From: Candidatus Hydrogenedentota bacterium
Lineage (GTDB): Bacteria > Hydrogenedentota > Hydrogenedentia > Hydrogenedentales > GCA-2746185
Length of the DNA: 27,132 bases
Reading direction: 5' to 3'
NCBI GenBank assembly: GCA_046583315.1
Contig: JAYGCN010000225.1
Location: 1 to 27,132 of the forward strand
The notes beneath the pieces were generated by a model. It did no database searches. It was not told where the DNA came from and saw only the letters and a list, made by a program, of their open reading frames with translations. This document shows positions 8,512 through 17,900 of the stretch, piece by piece (within the stretch, counting starts at the first letter, position 1; each line of letters opens with the position of its first letter). Made by a program: the position numbers and the translations under genes.

Positions 8512-10461
8512 ATGAAAAAAATTTCGTTGGCAATCGCCTTCAACTCCCTTCTTACTTCCACCCTCTTCGCCGAAATTCCCAGCATTGATGACTTCCGCGT
8601 GGTCCCGCAATTTCCGCAGCCAGCCGAATTCGCATTCGGCGTCACAGGCGCTACCACCACCGACGGACGTTTTATCCTCTGGGATGGCGACACCGTCTAT
8701 CTTCAAGCCTCTCCGGGTAGCGACGAACTCGCCCCCATCGCAACAGGATACCCCGGCGACCCGGGCTTTATCGCACTGTCGCCCGACGGACACACCATCG
8801 CACTCGGAAGCGGATTCAGTGCCGAACTCTACTTGCTCGATATCAACAACCCGGTGGACGGCGATCCTGCTGCGTCCATTGCCGTACCCAGTCACTTCGG
8901 GGGCGCCTTCCTCACTCAATCCCTCATCCTGATGGATAGAGGCAAAGACGACTTCTCCGGCTCCGAACTGGTGGTAATCGATCTCGACGCGATGCCTGAT
9001 CCCGGAACACTCAGTGATCGCGTTCAATCCGCCCAAACCGTACTCGAATTCCCAGCTTCCGATATCACGTCGAACGATATCATCATCGAAAAACCGGCCG
9101 GTTCCTATTCAAGTAAGATTCACATTGATCATACGCGCACAAACCTCTACACCATGGATGCCTTCACTGGAGAACTTCGCTATTTCAGTGTAATTGAGGT
9201 CATTCAGGCCGTCATAAACAGCACAACGCTCGATTGGGCCACCGACGGAACCGCCGTCGGCCTTCCCGGCGATTTCTTTACAGGTGGAGTAGCCGGTATC
9301 AACCCCGATGCCCAACTCATCATCGGTGGCTCCTCCGGCTTCGGGAGTCCCGGTGGCGTACAATATATTGACCCGGAAACACCCGCCATGGTGCTTGCCA
9401 CACTCGACCCCGCAGGCACGCAGCCCTACTACGATGTCATCTACAATCGTGCTACTGACGAAACGATCGCCATCGACGCGACCTTCGGCCAGCCCCTACA
9501 AGCCTACGCGCGCACCTCAGCCATCGGTCCCGTGCCGCCAGAGTCCCCCTGCGAAATCGTGGAAGATGTTCTTTTGCAGTGGGAAGCCTTCAGCCAAGCA
9601 TACGGACTTACGCCGGAAACGGCGGACATCAATCTCGACGAAATCCCGGATCACGCCATGCTTCTGCTTGCCCTTGATGGTTCTTGCAACACGGTCGACC
9701 CAGTGGGTGAAGCGACCCGAACGGCATACGACCTGAATCTTGATGCCTTCGATGCCGAAGTCGGTGCCGCAGCAATCGTCGATTACCGCGAGTTGATTGC
9801 AATCCTCATGCTGATGAGTGACGATATGCATACCGACCTCCGGACATTCCTGAATGCCAACAGCATTTCACTCGCCAGCACATACGAGGTGGTCACCTGT
9901 CTCGAAGGGGGTGAATGTTTCCCTGAATTCGTTGAGAATCCAATATTCCCCGATCTCTCCACCCGCTCTGCAATCGAACCCTATTCTGCCGAAGGGGACT
10001 TCGACAACGACACATTCACCAATCTCACTGAATACCAGAACGTGATCGCCAATGGGGGAAATGCAACCGATTTCGTAGTCGCGGCTACTGCCCCAACATT
10101 GGACGGCACCAACACCATACGTACACACGCGTCGAGCGGTGGGTGTTTCATCGCAACGGCCGCGTACGGTACGCCAATGGCAACGGAGGTTGAAACACTT
10201 CGCACGGTTCGGGATACCTATCTTCTCGATAACGCCCTGGGCGCAACATTTGTGGAAACCTACTATCGCTTGAGTCCGCCCATCGCGGATGTCGTTTCAA
10301 AATCACCAACGCTACGCGCAGCAATACGCGTTGCACTTGCGCCGGTCATTTTGCTCGCGAAACTGATTATTCTGGCTCCGGCATCCCTCCTGATTCCGGG
10401 AGTATTCGTGCTGGTGGCAGGAATGATTCGCCGGAACCGCGCGCGCCGCGTCAACGCCTAG
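8512..10461 (+). CDS. Secreted surface protein with a putative beta-propeller N-terminal region and C-terminal CFI-box-CTERM domain; first gene under the B12 riboswitch
   Basis: Signal peptide MKKISLAIAFNSLLTSTLFA; beta-rich repeats (FIALSPDG, LYLLD, LVVID); acidic Ca-binding-like GDFDNDTFTNLTEY; GGCFIATAAYG...LRTVRD..L..N..G..FV..YY..SPPIA followed by a TM helix and basic tail. AAAGGA SD at 8497-8502. Confidence 0.85.
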   Translation: MKKISLAIAFNSLLTSTLFAEIPSIDDFRVVPQFPQPAEFAFGVTGATTTDGRFILWDGDTVYLQASPGSDELAPIATGYPGDPGFIALSPDGHTIALGSGFSAELYLLDINNPVDGDPAASIAVPSHFGGAFLTQSLILMDRGKDDFSGSELVVIDLDAMPDPGTLSDRVQSAQTVLEFPASDITSNDIIIEKPAGSYSSKIHIDHTRTNLYTMDAFTGELRYFSVIEVIQAVINSTTLDWATDGTAVGLPGDFFTGGVAGINPDAQLIIGGSSGFGSPGGVQYIDPETPAMVLATLDPAGTQPYYDVIYNRATDETIAIDATFGQPLQAYARTSAIGPVPPESPCEIVEDVLLQWEAFSQAYGLTPETADINLDEIPDHAMLLLALDGSCNTVDPVGEATRTAYDLNLDAFDAEVGAAAIVDYRELIAILMLMSDDMHTDLRTFLNANSISLASTYEVVTCLEGGECFPEFVENPIFPDLSTRSAIEPYSAEGDFDNDTFTNLTEYQNVIANGGNATDFVVAATAPTLDGTNTIRTHASSGGCFIATAAYGTPMATEVETLRTVRDTYLLDNALGATFVETYYRLSPPIADVVSKSPTLRAAIRVALAPVILLAKLIILAPASLLIPGVFVLVAGMIRRNRARRVNA

Positions 10462-10480
10462 TTACCGGGCGATATCAATC

Positions 10481-12172
10481 ATGCGCGCGCCAACCGCCAT
10501 AGGTGTATTTGCCATTTTCCTGGCCTCGAGTCCAGGGATCGCCGAAGATCCCTGGGCCGATGCCGTGGTTTCCTACACTGCGACCGACCCCGTCACCGGA
10601 TATACCGATACCACAGCCGCACTTGGCGAGCCCATCGGTTTCAGCACGTCCATTCCGGTCAATACCCACAATTCCGTGAATCAAGTCCTAAGCCTGGGTA
10701 CCCCCGCGGGTAATCCACGCGGACAGCTCACCGTATCCTTCGACACACCTATCGAAGACCATGCCGATAATCCCTTTGGCCTCGACTTCATCGTCTACTC
10801 GAACGCCTTCTGGGTAGGCGGCGATCCCCAAAAACGATTTCAGGAACCCGCCATTGTAGAAATCAGTCCCGACGGGACAACCTGGTACATGATCCCCGGC
10901 AGTCGAAACTACAGCTACTCGGGCGGCACGGTTCCAATCGTGAACGAAACAAACGGCGGCGATAATTCCTCCGATCCGGAACTCCTCGCAGGAACCATCA
11001 CAAATCCCAACTCAACCGATGGCAACAGTTCGAACGATGACATCGAATACAACTGGGGTTACGCCGAACTCTCCCCAACCATGCCCGCATACCTTGACAA
11101 CTACCTTCGGCCCGACGATCCCGGCGCCGTTGGAGTGACCGCGCGAAGTGGGGGAGGCGATTCCTTCGATATCGCTTGGGCCATCGATTCCAGCGGCTCA
11201 CTCGCCAACCTTACATCCATTACCCACATCCGAATCACACCCTTCATCAATCGCACGATGACCGTCGGCCTGGCCACACCCGAAATCATGGCCGTCGCAG
11301 ACATCGCGGCCGATATCGACAGTGATGGCGACGGCATTCTCGACGACTACGAAACGCGCGTCATCTCAACGGACCCCTCACGCGCGGAAAATACACTGAT
11401 TCCACTCGAAATCCCCGCCACCGAAGGGGGCAGTCCGGCTGCCACGCTTCTCGGCACCGCGCAGGCCCTCTCAGGCAACGCTCTGGCACTCTATTCGACC
11501 GGTGATCGGGTCAGCGATACCCTCGAAACCATCGTCGATCTGACCACTCCGGCTCCAACGGCTGGCACTATCAACGGCTCGGCATCTCAATTGAGCGAAG
11601 CGTCCCTTCAAATCGATTCCACGGTCACCGATTTCCTGTCTGAAGAAGTCGATTCCGCGGAAATTACCATTCAGTATCTACCTTCCCAGATCCAGAGCCT
11701 GAACGAGGGAAGTCTTGAACCCTATCGATTCAATGCCGGCACCTACGATCAAACCGGCATCACCACCATCCAGAAGAACGCTCAGGGAAATTCCATTACT
11801 TTCGACAGTCAGTTTTCCGGGCTCTTCGTGCTCGCCTCTACCAGCGGCAGTGGTAAATCGAGGGCCCAAAACGTATGGGTCGATTTCAATCACAACGGCA
11901 TCCAGACCGGCGCACAAGCGACACCGTACAGCGCGATATCCGAAAGCCTCCTGGCCGTCACCAACACCGGTACGCTACATCTCGATGCCGCGACGACCAC
12001 AGAAGCCATTCTCATCAACCAAGCCGTGACCCTGCAATCAACCGGCGGAACCGTTCGCATCGGATCCGCGCCACCCTCCGATCCAATGCCGCTCCTTGGA
12101 ATTTCGGAGTCGCGCGACTCAGGTTATGTAACGATTCCCATCCGCGATCCGAAAAAGGAGGATAAACCATGA
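10481..12172 (+). CDS. Secreted cell-surface protein with a BtuH-like (putative cobalamin-binding) N-terminal domain
   Basis: Signal peptide; motif string [45 protein letters not shown] matches, from memory, the cell-surface proteins of Bacteroides B12 loci (BtuH class). Also a DSDGDGILD Ca-binding loop and a C-terminal VWVDF...VRIG module. The CDS is certain; the function is inferred. Confidence 0.7.
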   Translation: MRAPTAIGVFAIFLASSPGIAEDPWADAVVSYTATDPVTGYTDTTAALGEPIGFSTSIPVNTHNSVNQVLSLGTPAGNPRGQLTVSFDTPIEDHADNPFGLDFIVYSNAFWVGGDPQKRFQEPAIVEISPDGTTWYMIPGSRNYSYSGGTVPIVNETNGGDNSSDPELLAGTITNPNSTDGNSSNDDIEYNWGYAELSPTMPAYLDNYLRPDDPGAVGVTARSGGGDSFDIAWAIDSSGSLANLTSITHIRITPFINRTMTVGLATPEIMAVADIAADIDSDGDGILDDYETRVISTDPSRAENTLIPLEIPATEGGSPAATLLGTAQALSGNALALYSTGDRVSDTLETIVDLTTPAPTAGTINGSASQLSEASLQIDSTVTDFLSEEVDSAEITIQYLPSQIQSLNEGSLEPYRFNAGTYDQTGITTIQKNAQGNSITFDSQFSGLFVLASTSGSGKSRAQNVWVDFNHNGIQTGAQATPYSAISESLLAVTNTGTLHLDAATTTEAILINQAVTLQSTGGTVRIGSAPPSDPMPLLGISESRDSGYVTIPIRDPKKEDKP

Positions 12173-13014
12173 AAACTCCTCGCACAACAGGCTTCACGCT
12201 CATCGAATTGCTCGTCGTCGTCGCGATCATCGGCCTTTTGGGAGCGCTACTCCTGCCCGCGCTCAGTCGCGCACGTTCGCAGGCCCGCAACATGGAATGC
12301 GTGAACAACCTACGACAACTCTATCTTGCGAGCACCATGTTCGCCGCCGAAAACAATGGTCGCTATGTAGCGGCCGCGCCCGATATCGCCGAAATGGGCG
12401 GCGGACTCAATCGCTGGCACGGGGTACGACCTGCGCTTGACAAACCTTTCGACAGTCAACAAGGCCCGCTCGCAGAATATCTCTCCTTCGGCATCGTCAA
12501 AGACTGCCCCGTTTTCATTGAATTCCGGGACGACTCGCAAGCCCCCAACGCCTTCGAGTCCGGTACCGGCGGATACGGCTACAACTCGGCCTACATCGGC
12601 GGCACCGCCTATCAAAACACCTTCCCCGACTCGAATCGACTAACCACACTCGACTCTCGCGTCCGAAACCCGGGCAACACCATCATGTTCGCCGATGCTG
12701 CCTTACCCCAAGACGGCTACATCATCGAATACGGTTTCATTGAGCCTCCCTATTACCCGACACCCGACGCACCGCAAGGAAACGTCGACTGGGGATACAC
12801 GTCTCCCTCAATACATTTTCGCCACAACGGCCGCGCCAACGTCCTCTGGAGCGACGGTCACGTCACAAGCGAGAAAATCACCTGGACCCCCGAAACCAAT
12901 GTGTACGGAGGAGACAATCAAAAGTGGGGGGTGGGCTGGTTTGGCCCCAGAGACAACCGCCTTTTCGACGTAAGCCATCGCGATGCCTACAAAAGCGTAG
13001 CCGCGGACCGTTAA
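12169..13014 (+). CDS. Prepilin-type N-terminal cleavage/methylation protein with H-X9-DG C-terminal motif (DUF1559-like pseudopilin)
   Basis: [40 protein letters not shown]...GYGYN and [16 protein letters not shown] (H at 12823, DG at 12853-12858). AAGGAGG SD and ATGA overlap with the preceding gene. Confidence 0.93.
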   Translation: MKTPRTTGFTLIELLVVVAIIGLLGALLLPALSRARSQARNMECVNNLRQLYLASTMFAAENNGRYVAAAPDIAEMGGGLNRWHGVRPALDKPFDSQQGPLAEYLSFGIVKDCPVFIEFRDDSQAPNAFESGTGGYGYNSAYIGGTAYQNTFPDSNRLTTLDSRVRNPGNTIMFADAALPQDGYIIEYGFIEPPYYPTPDAPQGNVDWGYTSPSIHFRHNGRANVLWSDGHVTSEKITWTPETNVYGGDNQKWGVGWFGPRDNRLFDVSHRDAYKSVAADR

Positions 13015-14795
13015 TCGGACGTAGATTCGACATCCGATGCGGTTATCAGAACCTTCATGCCCTTTGGAATTAGTTCAAACACCTCAATCACATCGTCGTT
13101 TGTCAGACGAATGCACCCGTGAGACGAAGGCACCCCGATTCGCGCCTCATCGTTTGTTCCGTGGATGTATATATACCGTGCCATCGAGTCCACATTACCG
13201 CCGCGGTTTAGTCCCTTCTCCAAACCATCCAACAACATCACCCGCGAAAGCACAAGATCTTCCGTCGTATCTTTACCCGGCAACCAGATTTCGCGCGTCG
13301 CCGTTCTCGAGCGAAAAACTTGACCCCAAGGTGAATCCGCCCCGATTTTTGTCTTGACGGCATGCCAGCCCAGCGGGGTTTTCTCGCTGTCCATCATCGA
13401 ACCCACACCGTTCGTCGCCGACGCGCAACGCGCCTGATACGTGATGGTATCGCCCTGCACAATCCGCAGCATCTGTTCATCAATCGATATCCAAATGGCC
13501 GCGTCATCCCCGACACGCCCAGACCAATCCGCATCCGCAAGAATCGACTTCGCCTCGTCTGACAAGCTACTCGCCTCGGTGTGACTCTGATATTTTTTGA
13601 TTACCATATTCTGCCCCTCAATCGTATCCGCCATCACTCGACTGCCTACCGGAACCGTTACAGTCACGCCTAGCTCCGTAGCATAACGCATCGTCACGCG
13701 CCCATCCGGAACAGGCACTTGTATCCGCGCAGACGTGATCGCCCCTGGAAAACGGGGTGATACGTCAATGGTGTTCCATGCGGAACGGGCCGGTTTCAAT
13801 CCAAACACGTATTCTGGAATCAAATAAATTGGCGTTGGATTTTCCTCGAATGACTCCAGAAAGGTAAGTAAATCCACGCCCAATTGAGTCTCGCCCGCCA
13901 CAAAACAGGCCTCAATTACATAGGGAATAAACAACGGCCCACAATCGAGACCCCACTTACGAATTAGCTGAATCGTCGGCTCAATCCCCTCATCCGGCAT
14001 CAAACCCACCAACAGGGCCAGCGCGTTCGTCACTACGGAGTGATGCGTAGGTGGCTCGTTCCTCGTCTCGTGATCCCAAAATAGTTTCGCCTCATCATCC
14101 CAGAACGCATCCAGGAATTCCCGCTCTACCGATTCAATTCGTGTCACGAGTGCAGCATCATGCACTCCGAATTCATCATACAATCGCTCACACGATTTCA
14201 GCGCTCGATAATAGAACGTTTCCGTAATCGCGTTGCGTTTACCTTGGAACCCCTCATAGTCAACGCCCGTTTTCAACTCCTCCGGCCAATTCCGGGCGTT
14301 GCGAGATCGTCCATCCAACATCTTGATCCACTGCGGCATCGCGTCACGCACAAGGGTCTTCACGTAGCGCCGATCATCCGTGTTTAGATAATAGGTCTCC
14401 AGTATCACCGGCCAATGTAACGAACCCGCCATGACGCTGCCGGGAATAAGGGTAGGTACTTCGGATTCGGAATATGTAGGTTGAAACACCACACCCAAAG
14501 CCGATTTCGTATACCACTCGTCCGGCATCACATAATATTGAGCCCGAATGCCTGGAGTCGGGTCCGGCCAGAAGGAAGCGTGTGGCCCACGCAATACGGA
14601 ATCATAGTAGGGCGTATCAAAACCGTTCCACGCATCGCGGCTCGCCGTCCACGCATGGTTCAACAGAGAATCAGACACCTGCACCGAACCCGAGAACCTT
14701 CCCGCGTTCGTTTCAGCGTCTGTTTCCCCCGAAACGACCTCTGATGTAATGAATGCCTGACACACAATCGCCAAGCAACATGCTTTTCGAAGCAT
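13011..14795 (-). CDS. Secreted fusion protein: degenerate GH78 alpha-L-rhamnosidase-like region plus C-terminal L,D-transpeptidase (YkuD) domain
   Basis: Signal peptide and GGAGG SD. N-terminal part: [42 protein letters not shown]...VSP..VPVPDG. C-terminal part: [29 protein letters not shown] with catalytic His/Cys intact. Confidence 0.85.
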   Translation of the reverse strand: MLRKACCLAIVCQAFITSEVVSGETDAETNAGRFSGSVQVSDSLLNHAWTASRDAWNGFDTPYYDSVLRGPHASFWPDPTPGIRAQYYVMPDEWYTKSALGVVFQPTYSESEVPTLIPGSVMAGSLHWPVILETYYLNTDDRRYVKTLVRDAMPQWIKMLDGRSRNARNWPEELKTGVDYEGFQGKRNAITETFYYRALKSCERLYDEFGVHDAALVTRIESVEREFLDAFWDDEAKLFWDHETRNEPPTHHSVVTNALALLVGLMPDEGIEPTIQLIRKWGLDCGPLFIPYVIEACFVAGETQLGVDLLTFLESFEENPTPIYLIPEYVFGLKPARSAWNTIDVSPRFPGAITSARIQVPVPDGRVTMRYATELGVTVTVPVGSRVMADTIEGQNMVIKKYQSHTEASSLSDEAKSILADADWSGRVGDDAAIWISIDEQMLRIVQGDTITYQARCASATNGVGSMMDSEKTPLGWHAVKTKIGADSPWGQVFRSRTATREIWLPGKDTTEDLVLSRVMLLDGLEKGLNRGGNVDSMARYIYIHGTNDEARIGVPSSHGCIRLTNDDVIEVFELIPKGMKVLITASDVESTSD

Positions 14796-14822
14796 CGACC
14801 ACCACCTCCATCGATTACAACT

Positions 14823-14883
14823 ATGGTACCATGCCCGGCGTGCCGATAAAAGAGAGAAGCGATACCCACAAAATAGATATACT
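14823..14883. promoter_or_regulatory. Putative divergent -10 elements
   Basis: Minus strand TGgTACCAT (14831-14823, inside palindrome ATGGTACCAT) ahead of the LDT fusion; plus strand TATACT (14878-14883) ahead of the GH38-like gene. Confidence 0.35.
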
Positions 14884-14944
14884 CAGACAGGGGAGCGGGA
14901 GTTCCCAACGACCCATGCGGAACGCTATTTTGAATTCAAATTTT

Positions 14945-17900
14945 ATGAAACCTCTCCTGACTGCTACCATTCTCACGAGCGTCCTCGTACAGTCGGTTAC
15001 GGCCATCGCCCAGGAAGACCTCAGCACCATTCTCGACCGCGGCACGCCGGCAATTTGGTACGTCTGCGGCCCTTTCGAATCCGATCTGCCCAACGGAATA
15101 CTCGATGCCGTCACCGCCAACCAACAACCCCTTGGTCGTTTCGACTTCTTCTCGTCCCAAGGCGGCACCAGTCGGTTTCAACCTTCCCACGGTCTCGAAA
15201 TCAAAACACCCTCCGGTAAAGCCACGTGGCTGCGAATACGTGCCGACGAGCCGACCGTTGACCTCTCACCTTTTTTCGCCGAACGCGACTCGGGAATTGC
15301 CTTTGCTGCATTTTTCGCCGAGTCGCCGGTCCCGACACAAGTCCTCCTCGAACTCCAAACGATTCTGGGCGTGCGCGTGTTTCTCAACGGAGATGAGTTG
15401 AAGAATATTACGGGCGGTCCGATCGGCTTCACTGGAGTCGAGTATATCGTCGCGAATTTTCGAGCCGGCGAGAACCTCCTCCTGCTCGAAATTCCTGGCA
15501 TTCACCTGGAATCGCTGGCCGAGGCATACAATATACCTCCCGCACTCTTTCCAAATGCCCTCCTCAAAAACAGGTCCCTCCTCACTCCGAAGACCGGATT
15601 CGAATTCATTCTGAGACTGCAAGAGGTCAAACCTTTCGAAAATATCGTGTATGCGACGCAACTCGTGAATACCGGGATTTTTTCCGGATCCGGGGACAAT
15701 GTTTTTCAAGATGTCTGGCTTACTCTATTCAATCCGTCGGAGGAACCTTCTGCTTCGCTTGAGTACTCTGGAATGGCCGTAGGCGCGTCGGCACGCTTCC
15801 AGAAGATCATTCCACCAATTCCGCCTCGTGAACGCCACCTTGAGCGCATTTCAATCCCCATAGCCGCAGCAATTCCCGGCCAGCCCATCAGCGTTCAATC
15901 CAGTCTCAGCCACAATCTCGAATCCGCGCGCTGGCAGTCCTCCGTGGTGACCGCGATTCACCCGAAAGCCGCCGACCTGTTTTTTGTGCCGCTGCCTGAT
16001 GATTCAGAACAACGGCAGGCGTCCCGGAATTCAGACCTTGTTCATTCCCAAAAGAGCATTCAAGACAAAATCAAACTCGCCAAAGAGAATGAAGACTACG
16101 GATTCAGTCTGGGCCCTGCGGAAAACTGGTTTCCAGTACTAATCAATGACCCTGAATTGCGCCAAGACCTCGCCCGATTTCGCGATATTCGTTCCATAAC
16201 CGCGTGGAATACCCATTCGCGCATCGACCACCGTATCGTCAACGGCGAGACCCTGATTCGCAACCTGCAATACGGAACCGCCCTATCGAATGCATGGCTT
16301 AGCCTCCCGCAATCTTCGTATTGGTCGTGGAACGCGCCTGCAATTGCCCCGCAACTTCCCCAAATCCTGAGCGACTCCAGAGTACCCGGCCTCATCCACA
16401 ATGTAGATGCCTTCGGTTTACCATCGCTCTATTATCAACTGGGATTGGACGGCTCGACACTTCTGCATCGCAAGAAGGCGAACACTCCCGCACTTCGTAG
16501 CCTGCTCGACGTACATCACTCGTCCGCCGCTCAGCATCGATTCTGGCAGCTAGAACATATCGACACCGACCTGTTGGTCTACGAAAACCACGCCAACGCA
16601 CCCGAACCCTTCTGGACCGAAAATATATTGCCCCTGCCTGAAGCGATCCCGTCGATCACCGTCACCGGAACAGGCGCCGACCGCTATTTCGCGTCCTTGC
16701 TTCAGAATCGCATGTTTCTGGATCGCTCTACACCCCTTGAATCCCGCCCTATACAAGAAGTTAACGCCTTCGGTCTGCTCAGCAATCCGGAACTGACTGA
16801 CCGCCTGGCGACGATACAACAAAATCTTCTCATCGCCGAAACCATGACCACGCTTGCAACACGAGTGGGGGCGGCGTTCCCCTACGATGCGATGGATCAC
16901 GCATGGCGATCACTACTCTCTCTCAGTACGGCCGGCAAACTTTCCGGACTCATACCTTCTGAACGCAAAACGGATTACCTCGCGCTCATGCGAACGCTAG
17001 ACGCAACCATCGGCTCGGTGACACGCGACGCGCTCACACAACTCGCAGGAAAAATCCACACACAGACCGATCTCTCCAATGAACAAGGCGCCCAACAAGC
17101 ACTCATCGTATTCAATCCCACGAACTGGACCCGAAGCGACCTGGTTGAATCCGTGATTCTGCCCACAGAAGGCAGAGGGTTGACGCTGTTGGATGACACG
17201 GGCCGAGTCGTTCCCTTCGAAGTGCTCGATTACACCATCGCCAACAACCTGCTCCGACGTGCCGTGATTCGATTCGTGGCAACCGACGTGCCCAGTCTAG
17301 GCCACAAAACCTATTTTTTCATCAACGCGGGAGGGCTTCCCCAAGAATCCACCGTCTTTACGCCGTTCATCGAGAATGATTTCTACCGAATCGAATTCAA
17401 TAACGGTGATATCGCATCGATACAATCCAAACGAAACGCCGAATTGAATTTCTCGGATCATCACTTCAATGAGTTGGTCGCGTATCACACCGTTTCAACG
17501 GGAGACGGCCCCGAATGGAACGGCGATATCACCCGCTCCTCGGAACAGACATCGACCGTAACGATGGAGCGCACTCCCTTGGGGCATCGGGCGACCATTA
17601 CAACACCATTCCTCGGAGGGACGTTGGAACGCACGGTCACGTTGCACTACGGAATTCCGCGAATCGATTTCGATATCCAACTCGAGGGAGTCTCGCGATC
17701 CCATTACCTATTCGCCGCTGAATTTTCCCCAACATCAAAACAGTTGATCGCGATCCTGGGACAAGCCTTTGGGCGCGTTCAAGGGCCACGCGATCGACCC
17801 GCGCCACTCTTCGATTCCAATACAACCACGCAGCAACTACCCGCACCCAACGTCTCCCAACGTCTCCCAACGTCTCCCAACGCTTTCACGCGCTCGCCCG

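Noticed and set aside
17846..17882. Repeat considered as a CRISPR array or insertion-element target duplication
   Set aside because: Contiguous 10-bp units without spacers; no cas or transposase genes or inverted repeats nearby.
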